From NCBI RefSeq assembly GCF_001194135.2, contig NC_069005.1:9893224-9957223 (forward strand): DNA of 64,000 nucleotides, given 5' to 3'. The notes below the pieces were generated by a model. It did no database searches. It was not told where the DNA came from and saw nothing but the letters and a program-made list of their open reading frames with translations. Positions within the stretch are counted from its first letter, which is position 1. Each line of letters begins with the position of its first letter. The stretch comes from Octopus bimaculoides. Lineage: Eukaryota. The position numbers and the translations under genes were made by a program. This document shows, piece by piece, positions 63,945 through 64,000 of this stretch.

Positions 63945-64000
63945 GTTTGGCACAAGATCAGCAAGTTCGAGTGAGGGAAGTAAGTCGATTACATCGATCC
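63945..64000 (-). mobile_element. SINE-B tail, cut by the window end
   Basis: TTTCAAAGTTTGGCACAAGATCAGC...AAGTCGATTACATCGA. Confidence 0.7.

Overview
AT-rich, repeat-dominated animal genomic DNA from a gapped draft assembly: 22 N-runs totalling about 8.3 kb, most flanked by (TA)n or (CA)n microsatellites. The repeat content is what I associate with an Octopus (coleoid cephalopod) genome; this is inference, not a database result. It includes four tRNA-headed SINE types (my labels A-D), mariner/Tc1 and piggyBac-like MITEs, Helitron pieces, R4/Dong-like LINE debris and Penelope-like termini. No intact protein-coding gene is recognisable, and almost all long ORFs in the track are artefacts of N-runs or simple repeats. 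Recognisable coding remnants are a Helitron Pif1-type helicase (32360-33565, minus), an RLE-clade LINE reverse transcriptase (about 30085-31075), a LINE RLE fragment (about 61891-62005, minus) and mariner transposase C-termini (26-28 kb). Best leads: (1) SINE-B copies joined tail-to-A-box at the same position at least 8 times, once with an exact 15-bp target duplication, suggesting self-targeted insertion into its own Pol III promoter; (2) a precise Helitron CTAG-TC head-to-tail junction; (3) two minimal, dimer-type hammerhead ribozyme motifs with complementary single defects; (4) a pri-miRNA-sized hairpin and a 48-bp foldback; (5) a sharp CpG-depletion boundary near 10-11 kb; (6) orphan exon candidates, the best at 62225-62330 (minus). 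All coordinates and counts were made by eye, so repeat boundaries are approximate to within tens of bases.
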